Part shown: piece by piece, positions 62,357 through 64,000 of the stretch
How the letters are laid out: the number at the start of each line of letters is the position of its first letter
Numbering within the stretch: position 1 is the stretch's first letter
Source: Chiloscyllium plagiosum
Lineage: Eukaryota
Direction: 5' to 3'
Length of the DNA stretch: 64,000 bases
Assembly (NCBI RefSeq): GCF_004010195.1
Contig: NC_057719.1
Coordinates: forward strand, 10,907,974 to 10,971,973
The notes under the pieces: generated by a model
What the model was told of the DNA's origin: nothing
The model's input: the letters and a program-made list of their open reading frames with translations, nothing else
Databases searched by the model: none
Program-made: the position numbers and the translations under genes

Positions 62357-62589
62357 TGCCTATGCAAAGTGGAATCATGTGAATATTTCAGTCAAGATGA
62401 GAGTGGTGCTGGAAAAGCACAGCAGGTCAGGCAGCATCCGAGGAGCAGGAAAATCCATGTTTCTGATGAAGGGCTCCTGCCCGAAACGTCGACTTTCCTG
62501 CTCTTCTGATGTTGCCTGACCTGCTGTGCTTTTCCAGCACCACTCTCATCTTGACTGAAATATTCACATGATTCCACTTTGCATAGGCA
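62357..62589. mobile_element. Palindromic family A insertion whose inverted repeat extends into flanking DNA
   Basis: tgcctatgcaaagtggaatcatgtgaatatttcagtcaagatgagagtggtgctgg has its exact reverse complement ending at 62589; CTGATGAAGGGCTCCTGCCCGAAACGTC at 62463-62490. Confidence 0.9.
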
Positions 62590-62810
62590 GATTGGAAAAG
62601 TTACAGCTTTAAATGGTTGATCATAGCCCGTACCATACAACCTGTCACACTTGGGCACTATTTGAAGTGGACAACTTGACAGAGGTGGAAGATGTAGGAG
62701 GTGTGGTCTAGTCCAACATTTTTGGTGCAACGTACAGTCCAGCATTATTTGCAGCAACTTTTACATCAATGCACAGCAACAGGGCAACAACAATACAACT
62801 TGCCATCATT

Positions 62811-62943
62811 CAGGAATCCTGAAGAAGGGCTTATGCCCGAAACGTCGATTCTCCTGCTCCTCAGATGCTGCCTGGCCTGCTGTGTTTTTCCGGCATCATA
62901 TTTTTCAACTCTGGTCTCCAACATCTGCAGTCCTCACTTTCTC
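62811..62943 (+). mobile_element. Family A single-arm insertion
   Basis: TSD caacttgccatcatt (62796-62810) / caacttgccattatt (62944-62958); intact 3' end ..catctgcagtcctcactttctcc. Confidence 0.85.
62814..62851 (+). ncRNA. Minimal type I hammerhead ribozyme motif (Penelope-associated)
   Basis: GAATC [stem I] CTGAAGA A GGGC-TTAT-GCCC [stem II] GAA-ACGT-C / GATTC [stem I']; predicted cleavage after C62846. Confidence 0.75.
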
Positions 62944-64000
62944 CAACTTGCCATTATTGTAAGGATTAACAACAACCCATCATACATGCAATGCAATGTT
63001 GGTGCTTTCTTTCACTGGACACTTTATCTAAAGAGGACCTGGGTTGCACTGGTCATGTAGGGTTACAGAATTATGTAGATAAAGGCCATTCAGGCCACTG
63101 TATGTTCATTAACATTTTGAAAATGATATCCCTTGCGTCTCACCCCTTGTTCATAAACCCCTGGACGTTTCCCTCACCATCTATTTATCCATCTGGAAGT
63201 GATTACTGAACCAGCTTGCTTTGTCTCTTAGACAATGCATAATAATTAACTTTAATCATCATGATACCTCTTTATTGTTCTTTGGCATTAATAGTTACTC
63301 TGTTGCTTTAACTTCAGCATAGCCATCATTCTGTAATAATTTCATGTCTGCTTTGCTCTCTCTGCAAATAAAGAGTTACTTCATGAATATTCATTTACTT
63401 TTTAGTGATAAATTCCGTACAGACAGGACAGTCACCATCATGCTCTTTGCTGTCTTTTCAAAGAGTCAACAATCCAATGAGCAGGTATAACTCTCATCCA
63501 TTGTGGAGTGCTGGCTGATGTGAAGTGACTGTATGAAAATCCTGATTTATTGAAAGTGATCCTTCTGGCCCCTAAAGGAGATTGTGTTCCCTTGCCTTGA
63601 AAACATAATGTTCCTTGGGCAGCACTTAAAATCCACTTATCAATCAGTGAAAAACATCAGGAGAGGCAGGCATCCCCATTTTTTAATAACCTCAAATCCA
63701 TAGCAAATGCAAAAGGTTTACTATTAATGATAACAAGGTGTTTGAGCTGATGATCTCAGGAGATTGATTACAGTAGGAAGAATACAAGTTGCTATGTGAT
63801 CCAAAATTCTCATAGAAATCAAATTGCGCTTCACCTGGAGTGTTTACATAACAGAGAGAATCACAAACTCTAATGAAAGGCTGAAAACACAAGCTTGAGA
63901 AACCAGGGTGACAGAATAACCTGCCGCTTGATCCTGGAGGGAACAGTGGTCGCTACCCTGCACTTTCAAACTGTTGAGCTTTCTCCTCTCATCACAAGTA

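Overview
Repeat-dense, CpG-poor vertebrate non-coding DNA. The repeat families (HE1/V-SINEs, HER1/CR1 LINEs, Deu-domain SINEs) point to a cartilaginous fish, probably a shark (inference). I can support no host protein-coding exon; the recognisable ORFs are decayed retrotransposon fragments. Main contents: a 2.8-kb 31-bp minisatellite, many CR1/HER1 fragments, a second LINE family, several SINE families and a Penelope GIY-YIG remnant. About 20 short Penelope-derived insertions in three sequence families also occur, many carrying minimal hammerhead-ribozyme motifs (CTGANGA-stem-GAAA-CG/GC-TH). Several of these are palindromes with 12-17 bp target-site duplications, and their geometry suggests twin priming on two copies of the same repeat RNA. 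Other notable structures: a LINE whose 5' end is a tRNA-like SINE head, with SINEs that look like its internal-deletion derivatives; a palindrome that extends into flanking DNA; a 199-bp duplication around a tail-less SINE head; and a 446-bp inverted duplication. Repeat boundaries are approximate unless a TSD is quoted.
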